From positions 28,958,848 through 29,022,847 of the forward strand of contig CM120643.1 in assembly GCA_051362555.1 (NCBI GenBank): DNA of 64,000 nucleotides. Direction: 5' to 3'. The translations under genes were made by a program, and so were the position numbers. Shown piece after piece: positions 41,327-54,441 of this stretch. The notes below the pieces were generated by a model. It did not search any database, was not told the DNA's origin, and saw nothing but the letters and a program-made list of their open reading frames with translations. Within the stretch, counting starts at the first letter, position 1, and every line of letters starts with the position of its first letter. The stretch comes from Lingula anatina. Its lineage: Eukaryota; Animalia; Brachiopoda.

Positions 41327-43400
41327 GTGAAAAGAACTGAAGATGTTTTGTTTTTCTAAAAGATGTCAAAACTGTGACTGCAGTAAGCTGCCGTGCCCCT
41401 GAATGTGCAGAACAACAGGCATACATTACAGTTGATGGAGAAGCTGCATAAGGGTTACTGTGAGGGCATTCAGAACTAAGGATGAAAGAAAAGAAATTAT
41501 TGATAAAAATTTTTGGAAGACATACCAGTTATTACAGATCAAAATATGATGGAGGAATGTAAATTCTGGATTTTGAATATTTCTTCTTACAACAAAATGT
41601 CAGTTGTAATGTGAGTTACAATTGCTGAAGACAATTTACCATCCCCAACCCCCACTCCCAAAAGGAGGGTATAGAAAAAGTTTAGAAATAATGACAATTA
41701 AACAAATTTTGAATAAAAACCTCATTTTAGAAATACTATCAACTGTATAGTTATGCCTAAAGCCACCTACTAGCGTTGGCCAAAGTTGCTCTTTATATGA
41801 CAAAACATTGCCAAGGAGAAGATGAAGAAGAACTTACGTGCAATCATGGACGTGTAAATTATTTTTCATTGCCACATAAGAAGAAGATTGTGAGGTTTAT
41901 CTTAAGCATGTATCTAGCTTTATGTTATATGATAATAGTAACCCTTGTTGGTGGAACATTCATGGTACATTCATGGCTGGTAATATAATATGGTACTGCC
42001 CAGGAGCAGGTTTTGCTAAATAACTTTAGTTTGTAAAATTGGTCTAAACATTTAAACCATTTGGACAGTTATTAGGCCTTCAAAGACTACTTTTATTTCC
42101 AAAGACAGCTGGGTGGCTCACAAACTTTTTGGGTTGGTTGGTAAGTTGGGTTTGGAATATACGTGTAAATAAAAGACCCAGCTACAAATTCACATTTTGG
42201 ACTCCCTGTACCTTAAATCTTGAGGAAACCCCTGATCAAGAAATAAATAGTTTCAGTTTCGGGGTAATACTTATTTTAACAGACTACTGTGGATTAATAT
42301 TCAGCTGACCGGCACCTAGGACCATAAAAACTTGACTGCTTACTTGAGGGATTTAAAGGTAAACAATTAGCGAGTTGTTGAGTACTTATTCTGTTTATTA
42401 CTCAGAGCAGAAAAAAAGGATGGCTAGAAAAGCCTAAATTAGTGCTGTGAATGTTCTCTCGTGCTCTCTCTTTTTTCTGTTAGATGAAAATAGAGATCTT
42501 TTGTAGTAGCTTGTTGTTTCTTTGTAGAATAAGAAAATGATGGAAAAGTAAATTGAGAAGTTGATGCTATAAATTGTAATTGGAATCACCCAAGATAGCC
42601 CATAGTCTCACAGCTTTGTGTGAAGTCGAGCAAGATTTAGAGGACTTTGGATGAGAGTGGGAGCAGTTAAAATGGCAGAATAGCATGCAGTGTAACAGCT
42701 GATCTCAGCTGACATGATTCATCCACAGGACAGGACCACCGCCCCATTTTAGGCTATCTCGGTTGATTTCTATTTTGTGTCACATATGTAAATGGGTCTC
42801 TCTTTCTCTTTCTCTCCCCCTCTCTCTTGCAGTAAATGAAATCCAATTTTTTTCCTCTTTATTGAAATTATTTGTGTGAGGTTTTGGCAAGGAGAAAATT
42901 TTGAGTGTTATCCATTGCCAGTACTGTGTCCACTGCAATGTATGTATTGCTCAGTGTTGAACGCAAATTATACTTACGTAGCAAATGACTCTCTCTGTTT
43001 CTATCTAAAGGTGCTTTGTTTAAGTCTTTACTGTTAAATATAAGATGACATAGTGTACTAAGCATTTAATATTAACCATCTTTGGCAAATTACATTTTGT
43101 AATAATAAACAAATATTTTGTATTATTGTCAAGTTATCGACTCCCAGATAATTGCCATGAATAATTATAGGAAGAATGTCAAGATCTTTGCTTTCTTGGT
43201 ATTTTTGAGGCAAATGAACATAGCAATGTAAAGTAACACTAATATGTAACATTGTCCAAAGTCTGGTACTTTATGTACATTGGTGTTGTGTTCTTTATGT
43301 TCTCTTCTATGGTGTGTATAGTATTTTATTGTATAGGGTTGATATGCAGAAAAAAATGAATTAAAACACAATAAAAGTGAAATGGCTATATTTAGTTCCA
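41327..43400 (+). other. Probable Rab2 3'UTR with several AATAAA signals (41712, 42168, 42242, 43370)
   Basis: Repeat-free AU-rich stretch ending just before a transposon block. Confidence 0.5.
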
Positions 43401-43567
43401 AAAAGGTGTTGTCTTCCTTTACTCCATTCGTCATACAAGCTTTTCCTCCTCTATTATTATTATTATTATTATTATTATTGTGTGAATTATTTTAATTAAT
43501 TTCTTCAAACTTGGGTCTAAGACCTTTGATTTGTTAATTGGAATATATTTCAAAGTCAAATGGGACA

Positions 43568-46245
43568 TTTTTATGTACAGACACAGATGTGTCTGTACAT
43601 ATTGCCATCACCTGCGTCTGTCGTCGCCGTCGCCGATGGCGATGCCGATGCCGATGCCGTCGCCGTGCACTTTCCTTGTAAACACGATAAGTGGAAGGCA
43701 GTTTTACTTTTTGGCTTTATATTTACAGAGCTGATGAATATTCATAAAACGCAGGTCAAGTTCGAAAATCAGCATGATCGGGCCATTATTGTAGAAGTTA
43801 TGCTGTTTTTTCACTTTTCAGCATATATGCAACCTTGTAAACACATTTTAAGGAAAACCGTTAGGCCTGTTGTCATGACACTCACAGGAATAATCAATCT
43901 TACTAAAACACAGGTCAAGTTCGAAAATCAGCATAATCGGGGCATTATTTTAGAAGTTATGCTGTTTTTCACATTTCCTCAGATTTCCTCAGATTTAATT
44001 CTTAGGCATGTTAATAGCCTTATTATTTAAGTAATAAGATACGTAAAAGTGTTTGTTTGACATTTCCTGCATCTTTACAACATTGTTAGTTGATTATGTA
44101 AAAATGATGGTAAACTTGTTATCGTGTATTGTATAATAAAGTGTCAAAAATGGAAATAAACTCATATCATTGCAGTTTGTCAGATTCAATCATTCACTAT
44201 GTTCAGAATCTCAGAATGGAAGAAATTGGACATTTAACACTGTTCTATTGATATTTTTCACATCTCATCAATTTTCTTAGTTGATCTTATAAAAATGGCA
44301 GTAACCTATTAATTTTGTTTTATGTTAAAAAAGTGTTAAAAATGGAAATAAACCCATTTCAGAACAGTGCAGTCTTGTTTACATTTTGGCATTTTGAAGG
44401 TGTGACTTTGAAGTTCCATCGGCCTAAAAACCTTTGTTAGTCACGTTTACTATTTGTCCATGATACTAATATTTTATTATTAAAAATTGATGATCATTAT
44501 GCTGTTAAACATTATGTAATATTGCATCAAAATTTGAAAAAAACCTATTTTGGGCACTGCTCCCATGATGACCATATAAGAAAAACCATGTCACTTACTG
44601 TTCTCAAACAGTACAGTTAATATGTACAGATGTGTCTGTACATATTGCCATCACCTGCGTCTGTCGTCGCCATCGTGGCCGTCACTGTCGCTGTCGCCGG
44701 CGCCATGCACTTTCATTGTAAACACGATAAGTGGAAGGCAGTTTTACTTTTTGGCTGTATATTTACAGAGCTGATGAATATTCATAAAATGCAGGTCAAG
44801 TTCGAAAATCGGCATGATCGGGCCACTATTTTAGTAGTTATGCTTTTTTTTTCACTTTTCAGCATATATGCAACACTGTAAACACAATATAAGAAAAACA
44901 GATAGGCCAATTGTCATTAAACTCACAGGAGTTGTCATTCCTGCTAAAACGCAGGTTGAGTTAAAAAATCAGCATAATCGGGCCATTATTTTAAAGAAAT
45001 GCAGTTTTTTCACATTTCCTCAGATTTAATTCTTAGGCATGTAAACAGTTTCATTATTGAACTAATAAGATAGGTAAAAGTGTTTGTTTGGCATTTCCTG
45101 CAATTTTACAACATTATTAGTTGATTATGTAAAAATGATGGTAAACTTGTTATCGTGTATTGTGTAATAAAGTTTCAAAAATGGAAATAAACTCATATCA
45201 TTGCAGTTTGTCAGATTCAATCATTCACTATGTTCAGAATCTCAGAATGGAAGAGATTGGACATTTAACACTGCTCTGTTGATATTTTTCCCATCTCATC
45301 AATTTTCTTAGTTTATCATATAAAAACGGCAGAAAACTGATAATTTTGTTTTATGTTAAAAATTGTTAAAAATGGAAAAAAAAAACATTTCAGAACAGTG
45401 CTGTCTCGTTTACATTTTGGCATTTTCAAGTTGTGACTTTGAAGTTCCATGGGCCTGAAGACCTTTGCTAGTCACATTTTCTGAATATCCATAATACTAA
45501 TATTTTATTATTAAAGTTGATGGTCATTATGCTGTTAAACATTATGTAATATTGCATCAAAATTTGAAAAAAAAAACTATTTTGGGCACTGCTCCCATGA
45601 TGACCATTTAAGAAAAACCATGTCATTTACTGTTCTCAAACTTACAGGAAAGAAACATGGGACTAAAATACAGCTTCAATAGGAAATACAGTCTGTTTGG
45701 TAATTCTTGCTGCCAGTTAAACAGTTATTTTGTGAAAATTTAATTTTTCACATATTGGCATTTTCAAGGTGTGACTTTGAAGTTCCACGGGCTTGAAGAC
45801 CCATGCTAGTCACATTTTCTGAAAATCCATGATACGTATATTTTATTATTAAAATTGAGTTATTATGCTGTTAACCATTATGTAATATTGCATCAGAATA
45901 GAAGAAAACACAATTTTGGGTGCTGCTGCCATGATGACCATTATGGGAAAACCATGTTACTTATGATTGCCAAACTTTCAAAAAAGAAATACTGGACTAA
46001 AATGCAGTCTGAGTTGGAAAAGCAGTCTAAGGAACTTCTTTTTCTGGAAGTTATACATTTTCAAAGTGTAAACTTGTCACATATTTTAATTACATTGGTA
46101 TTACCTGTTGAGGATAATTAAAATTTGATGTTGAATTTGCAGTTTGATATAATGTATTTTTGCATCAGAATTGACAGTAGCCTATTTTGTGCATAGTTAT
46201 TTCCTGTTTTTTGTCTGTACATTTGACAGCTTTGCTGCCTTGTTT
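43568..46245 (+). mobile_element. HINE/Helentron-associated-like repeat with internal ~1.04-kb tandem duplication and a partial third unit
   Basis: Starts TTTTTATGTACAGAC..GTCTGTACAT (5' inverted repeat) followed by a (GTCGCC)n microsatellite. Ends GTCTGTACAT + hairpin CAGCTTTGCTG + CTTGTTTT. 43585-44620 is similar to 44627-45640. Confidence 0.65.
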
Positions 46246-47541
46246 TTTTTCTTTAGTAAAACTTCGAGCCGTATTCTTTCAGCTACTAAGTTCAATATGT
46301 ATAATTTCACGAGCAGCAGCCATGACAGAGCTTTCATTACCAAATTTGGTCTGTTTCTCAGTTTGCCCCATAATATTGTGATAGTATCTGTGTACATCCT
46401 TAGGAATTTTGAGAAAATCCAAGGTGGCCGTCATTTTCCCGACAGGTGTAGTAAGATTTACCAAATGTCTCGCCCGTTATATCTCTGAAACCAGCAAAGA
46501 TTCACAGTTGTGTTAATTTACTTGAGAAAGTAATGAACTTGAGAAAAAAGCATATATTGAGAATCTCAATGTGATCTTTGATTGGACCTTTGACCTACTT
46601 CCCACCATGAAATGCTCTGCAAATGGATTTGCCATAATACCGCCAAAAGTAGAAAAGATTCACTCATAGTGAACTATTGAATTTAAATATGAAATCCAAA
46701 TGGGAAAAACATTTTGTTCCAAAATTGATATATTGACATCATTTTATCCTTATTTTTTTCGACAAATTTTTGTCTGTTTTACCTTGGTTTAAGTGAGCAA
46801 TTTAGTGAAACTTCAGAAAAAATTTGCTTCTTTGCTATGAAAGTGTCTGCATCGTGAAGACCCACTGGAACCAAATCTTTGGTTTCACAATTATGGTTAT
46901 ACAACCATGTGTGACGTTGACACCAATATTTCACTACACAAGAGACTGTTATAATACCTTCGGGCATTTATTGCCGATCTGCGGTACTTTTGGTGTTTGC
47001 AGATGTGGTATATAATCAGGGGTTGCCTAGCGAGTTGAGACGGGCATCTTGCCATTGTGTACAGTGGCCTGGTCGTGTTTTTGAGGTTTCGTGGTTATGC
47101 GCCGTGACTGTTTGGGAGGCCTGAGTTTTTAAGTGTGATTCTTGGTCGGTTACTGAAATGGTGTACTTCCCGTTCCATGACAGGAGTCGGCGTTTTCGTG
47201 TTCTTAACATTATTTTAAGATACACAGTTTCACAAAGCGTTAGTTTTTTTTTTTTTTTTTTTTTTTCAGGCTTGTTAAAGGCTGATATTGTCTTCGGCTT
47301 GCATTATCTCTTGCAATAGCATAAAAATCGTGACAGCTTGCTCTTGGTCGTGACTAAGAAGAAAAACATACTCAGTCTGACAGTGGAGAGGAGAGAATAC
47401 CTACATGTAGTCATCGGGAACAGAAACACGCTGGCAATAGAGTTTCCGCTGACCGCTAGAATTCAGGGTGACAGGCTACGACGTCCGAGTGGACGACCTA
47501 TCTCATATTTCATGACTGAAAGCAAACAAACGATGGATATC

Positions 47542-47572
<31 letters not shown>

Positions 47573-47943
47573 TGTGTGTGTGTGCCATGCAGATGTTTTT
47601 TTTTATTTTATTTTTTTTTATTATTATTATTTTTTTTTTTACAAATCCATGTAGTAACTGTCTGGCTACAACAAAAATTAGGGCATGTAAGATAAACATC
47701 TTTACTTTCTATTTCTATTATTTTGGAATAAAATAACCCAATGCCACCTTGTCATACTATGAATTAAGTAAATAATTAAGTTCATCTCCGCTTCACACCC
47801 TGAGTTTCAGAAGTAACTGGAAATTACATCTAAGTTACAGTGAAGATAATGTAGGTAACGCCCACTTTCTATCACGTGTTCAACGCCACCCAATGAAATT
47901 ACGACAAGTACCTAAAATATAATATCAAACCCCTCCCACAACT

Positions 47944-47955
47944 ATTATATAAAAG
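47944..47955 (+). promoter_or_regulatory. TATA box upstream of secreted VWA gene (paralogous site ~61431-61440)
   Basis: ATTATATAAAAG about 90 bp before the ATG; conserved in the paralogue. Confidence 0.55.
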
Positions 47956-48040
47956 AATGCGTGCGTAGATCTTCACATATACACACAGTTCTTTCCAACG
48001 TTTTAGACAATACTTATTTGTTGATGCAAACAGTTTAAGA

Positions 48041-48208
48041 ATGGCAGTATTACGTTTGTTAACATGGTCGTTCTTGTTGGTTCTTGTTGAGCATAGTTCT
48101 GTTTGTGGACACAGTGTTATCAGCTGGCAGAACAAGATCCCAATTCTTAGAGGCCTACCGTCACTGGATACAGGCACTGGTACCGTTGATAGGAACACAA
48201 AAGAAAAG
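48041..48208 (+). CDS. Secreted multi-VWA protein, exon 1 (signal peptide)
   Basis: Hydrophobic N-terminus MAVLRLLTWSFLLVLVEHSSVCG; AAG|GTTCGT donor; paralogue at 61528. Confidence 0.8.
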
Positions 48209-48235
48209 GTTCGTACGAGTATTAACAAACTGTTC

Positions 48236-48432
48236 CGAGGGGATTCTCGATTAATATTGCAATTAACTTGGGGGGTTTTGATGCCTGTCACGCCTGCTGA
48301 GACTGATAGCGGGAACTGTCGTTTAGCGGCTTTAGTGGGCGTCCCAGCCGCTTGGGCTGAAAGCAATTTAGCAAGGAACCCCGTGGAGATGGACCGATCC
48401 TGTTAGATCGATCTAGGGATGGGAACCCAGTC
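48236..48432 (-). mobile_element. Truncated family-B TTA-target MITE, absent from the paralogous intron
   Basis: Right end is the reverse complement of the 27480 end, followed by TTA. Empty site AACAC-TTA-TGTAG at ~61723-61735. Confidence 0.75.
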
Positions 48433-49149
48433 TTATGCAGTGTGCCCCCTTTACTTTACATATGCCGTGGATTTTCGATGTTTTATCCGTAATTTAAATT
48501 TTTTTCGATGCCTATGCTATTTAAATATTATTAATTTTTAATTTATTTACCGTTTTTACATGTTTGTTACTGAAATTACCTAAGCACTCGTAATGTTAGC
48601 ATGGGCTTTACATTTTTGTTAAGACACCGAATACATGTATCATCAAATAAATTTGCATGCTAATTTATATGAATAACGGACATATTGATCAAATTGACCA
48701 TGCAAATGAATTTAAAAAAAAACATGTTGAAAATAAAAGATTTAAAAGTACCAACTGCTATTGCAGATGACGTTCACCCGTTGGCACGGTTTCAACAAAT
48801 AATTCAAATCTAAAATGGTTGTCTGCTTCGAACCAAGATGAAAATGTAAAAAGGTCACTTTAAGTCTGATCTTCTTCCTCAGTTACACAGAGTGAAAAGG
48901 ACCAATTAATGGAGATTTATTTTGCCGAATGGATTGAAAATCTGTAGAGTTAACCCCTTTCTTCTCGAAGGTTATTATGCCATAGTTATTTCGTTAATCA
49001 TGGGTGTGCTCACAAACCTTTGAGATGACGACCATGCTAAACTTGCACAGTTAGTCCACAACAGTGCTTTACTCTGAATCAAAAAATCCTCAAGGTTATT
49101 AACTCAATAATTTTGCTGCCTCTTAAATCATTTTACCTTATTGCTGTAG

Positions 49150-49303
49150 GTAGATGAATTGGAAAAGAAGTTCTACGAAACAGGCGAGGAAATGCAGAAC
49201 ACGATGGCGAAAACGCTGCTACAAGAAAAGTCAATGGAATCCGCTCTCGCTGACACACTGGGAATCGCCTCGGTAAAAATCAAGAGAATGAATGCACCGA
49301 AAG
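49150..49303 (+). CDS. Secreted multi-VWA protein, exon 2 (pro/coil segment ending in KIKR-MNAPK)
   Basis: AG/GT bounded, phase 0-1, open; paralogues at 59030 and 62417. Confidence 0.8.
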
Positions 49304-49677
49304 GTCAGTGATACTTAAACTGGTAAGAAATAACGGTTAAATTTTGTCTTAGAACATTCATGGCTATGGCGCTAGTGCATGCGACCAAGTTTACAATGTA
49401 TGTCATACTTAGAAATATTGGGATTAATGGATTTTGAATATGCCTCGATTGGGACTGGGCCTGGGACGCAGGCGCCTTTACAATGTGCACGATTTTTAAA
49501 TTAAAATTGCTTTGGCGACCGTTGACAGTCCTGACCACATTTGTGATCGCAGTAGGGACTCAGAAAAGAGCCCGCCCAATGTAATTACGTATTTATGTAT
49601 TTATTTCATATGTATAATTATGTAATGTATTTATTTAATATTCTTAATAAAAATGATAAACTTTATAATATTTACAG

Positions 49678-50238
49678 TTTGCAAGGCAAAGGCAGACATA
49701 ATATTTATCTTGGACGGATCTGGTAGTGTCAGCACACCCGACTTTGACAAACAACTACAATTCATCAAGTCTTTGGTGAGGAAATTCGACGTTGGACCAA
49801 ACGCGGTAAAGGTCGGCGTTCTGCAGTACTCTACCAACACAGTGCAGGAGTTCAACCTTAACACTCACAACACCGAGGCTGCCATCCTAGCCGCCGTAGA
49901 CAAGATCAAGCAGAAGAGAGGTGGTACTAACACAGCTTTCGCCCTCTCCACCGCCCGCAAGAGTAGTTTCACGGCTGCCAAAGGCGATCGGCCGAACGTC
50001 CCGAACATCGCTATAGTCATGACTGACGGCCAGTCTATTAACATGGCGGCGACCGCCAGAGAAGCAAACATGCTGCGTAATATTGCGTCTGTGTTCGCAA
50101 TTGGAGTTGGAAGTAATGTCAGAACTGCCGAGCTGAAGGCCATGGCTAACGACCCGGCTAGCAAATATGTGTTTACTGTGACAGACTTCAGTGCCCTGTC
50201 AAATATAGAGACAAAGTTAGCCACGGATGCTTGTGCAC
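49678..50238 (+). CDS. VWA domain exon 1 (collagen VI/XII / matrilin-type)
   Basis: 561 nt, phase 1-1. DIIFILDGSGS, GGTNT and IVMTDG form an intact MIDAS; terminal Cys pair. Confidence 0.93.
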
Positions 50239-50572
50239 GTGAGTAGCTGATTATTTCTTAACACGAAAATTAACGCGTTAGTATCCCCGTTTTTAGTTTA
50301 TATACTATATTTACCAACGCATGAAAAATATGGGTGCTCATATCTGTAGATTGACAGCCGACTACTGCGTTTACTGCGATGTAGGGCTGTCATAGCTTTA
50401 TCTTACCTCTCACCTCAATATGTCGTAGATAAACTGCTAAAAAAAATTAGTCTTACGCTGCTAGAATGGGAATAAATTAAGCTACATCTGCCTCTTTGTC
50501 AATTATGATTGCTTGTAAGCAGCACATAACTTTAAAATGGTCATTATTTGATCTTCCTGGCCCATACGGACG

Positions 50573-50645
<73 letters not shown>

Positions 50646-51204
50646 GACTGTTTGGGGATGTATTTTTTACAGCAGCTGTTTTAAAGGTACATACGAACCG
50701 AGCATCAGTGGAGCGTGGATTCCCATTAACACATATTAACCACTTCTACTAGTTTCTTATGCGACTCAAATAAATTCGACATGCGAAGGGATAAACTGAA
50801 TAGATCAACTCGATCAGCCATAAAAGAGCTTTAAACTGCTCCTTTCTTTAAATTTTTGGTCAAAAGTTTTACCTACTTTCGTGAACTACTTTTCTGCTCC
50901 ATTGACATTCAGTATAGATTTAGAATGCTAGCAGAAAAATCCCTTCAAACATCGTTTTCAGGTAAAATTATACAATGCCTTTTGGTAATTCTCTTAGTTA
51001 TACTACTTGAAATTATATGCTGCCATTTGGTTGGTTTTTGTGGTAAAATTGACTTTATATGCATTTTTAATGGTGGTTATAACAAAGTCCCATATAGACA
51101 TGTACAAATGAATGCTATTCTTATTTGCTTCTTTTTTATTTTATCGATTTCTTTAATTCGCAGATACTAATGTCTTCATTGATTAAACTTATTTTCTTTT
51201 TTAG

Positions 51205-51225
51205 AGGCTACTGCTGCACCGCCAG
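51205..51225 (+). CDS. 21-nt linker microexon (QATAAPP)
   Basis: Pyrimidine tract plus AG, CAG|GTAAG donor, phase 1-1; identical copy at 53376. Confidence 0.75.
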
Positions 51226-51909
51226 GTAAGAATAAAAGGGTATGGATAATGAAATACATTCTTGATAACGTGTATTTTCCCTACTTTACTCATAAAAATT
51301 ATATATATTTGAAATCCATAAATGTCAATGTCCAAAACAGAATTATCTTTGTAAAAAGCAAACAGTCGACGTTTTTAATATGTAATAATCACCGAACAGA
51401 TGAATGCCTTTTAATTTATCATAATAACAGTCTGGGTCGGTGGTATACATGTGAATATACATTTAATTTTCTTTCTGTAGTTTACTGTCAGTTTGATTTC
51501 AGCTGATAATGTGTATTTAACTAATATTTGTTTGCTCTATTCTAAAAGTTATATCCCTCCAGTCTCTCTCTCTCTCTCTCCTTCTCTCTGCAATAAAAGT
51601 TCATGCCATCATCTTCACATCTCAAGCAGAGTTATTTGCATTATGATGATATCTTAATTTTACTTTTGAGTAGGTCATTGGAGTTAGTGTCACTTTTTTA
51701 AATTGTTAAGTGAAATCAGGAAGGCAATTGTGAAGTACCAGTGACGCATTTGACAAAGCACTTTTAGCGTCTTTCTATGGTATCTTGTGGTATTATACAC
51801 AAAGGGGTTTCTTTCTAATTTATAGTTTTAACACATGCAAACTATCTAATGCATCATCTTTTTTCCGCTTTTTTAATGTATAAAATGATAAACTTTGTAA
51901 TATTTACAG

Positions 51910-52470
51910 TTTGCAAGGCCCAGGCAGACATAATATTCATCTTGGACGGATCTTTTAGCGTCAGCACACCCGACTTTGACAAACAACTACAATTCATCAA
52001 GTCTTTGGTGAGGAAATTCGACATTGGACCAAACGCGGTAAAGGTCGGCGTTCTGCAGTACTCAACCAACACAGTGCAGGAGTTCAACCTTAACACTCAC
52101 AACACCGAGGCCGCCATCTCAGCCGCCGTCGACAGGATCAAGCAGAAGAGAGGTGGTACTAAAACAGCTGTTGCCCTCTCCACCGCCCGCACCAGCAGTT
52201 TCACGGCAGCCAAAGGCGATCGTTCGAATGTCCCGAACATCGTTATCGTCATGACTGACGGCAAATCTAATAACATGGCGGCAACCGCCAGAGAAGCAAA
52301 CATGCTGCGTAATATTGCGTCTGTGTTCGCAATAGGAGTTGGGAGAAATGTCAGAACTGCCGAGCTGAAGGCTATGGCTAACGACCCGGATAGTAAATAT
52401 GTGTTTACTGTGACAGACTTCAGTGCCCTGTCAAATATAGAGACAAAGTTAGCCACGGATGCTTGTGCAC
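51910..52470 (+). CDS. VWA domain exon 2
   Basis: 561 nt; 14 aa differences from exon 1 by manual alignment. Confidence 0.93.
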
Positions 52471-53375
52471 GTGAGTAGCTTATTATTTCTTAACACGAAA
52501 ATTAACGCGTTAGTATCCCCGTTTTTAGTTTATATACTATATTTACCAACGCATGAAAAATATGGGTGCTCTTGTCTGTATATTGACTGGCGACTACTGC
52601 GTTTACTGCGACGCAGGAACTGTCATAGCTTTATCTTACCTCTCACTTAAATATGTCGTAGATACACTGCTAAAAAAACCAACTATATTCTTGAGCTGAT
52701 ATGGATGTGAATAATTCAGCTACATCTACCTGTTTGTTAATTATAACGGTGTGAATGCGGCCCTTAACTGTAAAATGGTCATTATTTGATCTACCTCGCG
52801 CATACGGATGTCTGTATATTTCGGCCTGCTTAGGGATGTATTTTTTACAGCAGCTGTTTTAAAGGTACATACGAACTGAGCATCAATGGAGCGTGGATTC
52901 CCATTAACACATATTAACCACTTCTACTTGTTTCTTATACGACTCAAATAAATTCGACATGCGAAGGGATAAACTGAATAGATCAACTCGATCAGCCATA
53001 AAAAAAATTTAAACTGCTCCTTTCTTTAAATTTTTGGTCAATAATTTTACCTACTTTCGTGAACCACTTTTCTGCTCCATTGACATACAGTATAGAATGC
53101 TAGCAGAAAAATCCGTTTAAACATCATTTTCAGGTAAAATTATACAATGCCTATGGTAATTCTCTTAGTTATACTACTTGAAACTATATGCTGGCATTTG
53201 GTTGGCTTTAGTGGCAAAATTGACTTTATATGCATCTTTAATGGTGGTTATCACAAAGTCCCATATAGACATGTACAAATGAATTGCATTCTTATTTGTT
53301 TCTTTTTTATTTCAACGATTTCTTCAATTGGCAAATACTTATGCCTACATTGATTAAACTTATTTTCTTTTTTAG

Positions 53376-53396
53376 AGGCTACTGCTGCACCGCCAG
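53376..53396 (+). CDS. 21-nt linker microexon copy 2
   Basis: Identical to 51205-51225. Confidence 0.75.
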
Positions 53397-53460
53397 GTAA
53401 GAATAAAAGGGCATGGATAACAATGAAATACTTTCTTGATAACGCAATTTTTCCCTACTT

Positions 53461-53703
53461 CAGGCCTACCCAACTACCAGACTCGGCACCGTATCATACC
53501 CTGAACAAATTTTGAGTGGTGATGCAATGCTTTTCAACCCCGCTGAGAATCGTCACTTTCACATCGCGTACTAGGCAGGAGCGGTGTCGCGTCTGATACT
53601 GTGTAATGCGATCTGATACACACCTTGAAAACGGGTAGTGTGGCCCGATTTACCAGTGAATTCTGGATCATTTGGTACCGAGTCTGGTAGTTGGGTAGGC
53701 CTG
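53461..53703. mobile_element. CAGG...CCTG MITE with 5-bp TSD TACTT
   Basis: ~26-bp TIR CAGGCCTACCCAACTACCAGACTCGG. Empty site in the duplicate intron at ~51281-51295. Confidence 0.9.
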
Positions 53704-53872
53704 TACTTTACTTATAAAAATTTTATATGTTTGAAATCCATACATGTCAATGTCCAAAACAGAATTATCTTTGCAGTCAACGTTTTCAATATCTAATAAT
53801 TACCGAACAGATGAAATTCATGTATTAATTTCATATTTATAATAAAAATGGTCAACTTTGTAACATTTACAG

Positions 53873-54441
53873 TTTGCAAGGCCAAGGCAGACATAATATT
53901 TATCTTGGACGGATCTGGTAGTGTCAGCACACCCGACTTTGCCAAACAACTGCAATTCATCAAGTCTTTGGTGAGGAAATTCGACATTGGACCAAACGCG
54001 GTAAAGGTCGGCGTTCTGCAGTACTCAACCAACACAGTGCAGGAGTTCAACCTTAACACTCACAACACCGAGGCCGCCATCCTAGCCGCCGTAGACAAGA
54101 TCAAGCAGAAGAGAGGTATTACTAACACAGCTTTCGCCCTCTCCACCGCCCACAAGAGTAGTTTCACAGCTGCCAAAGGCGATCGGCCGAACGTCCCGAA
54201 CATCGCCATCGTCATGACTGACGGCCAGTCTATTAACATGGCGGCGACCGCCAGAGAAGCAAACATGCTGCGTAATATTGCGTCTGTGTTCGCAATTGGA
54301 GTTGGTAGTAATGTTAATACTGCCGAGCTGAAGGCCATGGCTACCGACCCGGATAGCAAATATGTGTTTACTGTGATAGACTTCAGTGCGCTGTCAAATA
54401 TAGAGACAAAGTTAGCTACGGATGCTTGTGCACGTGATTAG
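53873..54441 (+). CDS. VWA domain exon 3 (donor weakened to GTGATT at 54434; read-through stop at 54439-54441)
   Basis: 561-nt homologue; no further linker microexon seen downstream. Confidence 0.88.

Noticed and set aside
43531-44881. ORFs with signal-like or repetitive N-termini (43560, 44630)
   Set aside because: Derived from the microsatellite of the HINE-like repeat; frames are not conserved between copies.
48209-48406. C-terminal half of the 121-aa ORF at 48041
   Set aside because: Read-through past the exon-1 donor into an inserted MITE; absent from the paralogue.
49631-54359. Long antisense ORFs over the VWA exons
   Set aside because: Shadow frames of GC-rich coding sequence, repeated only because the exons are duplicated.
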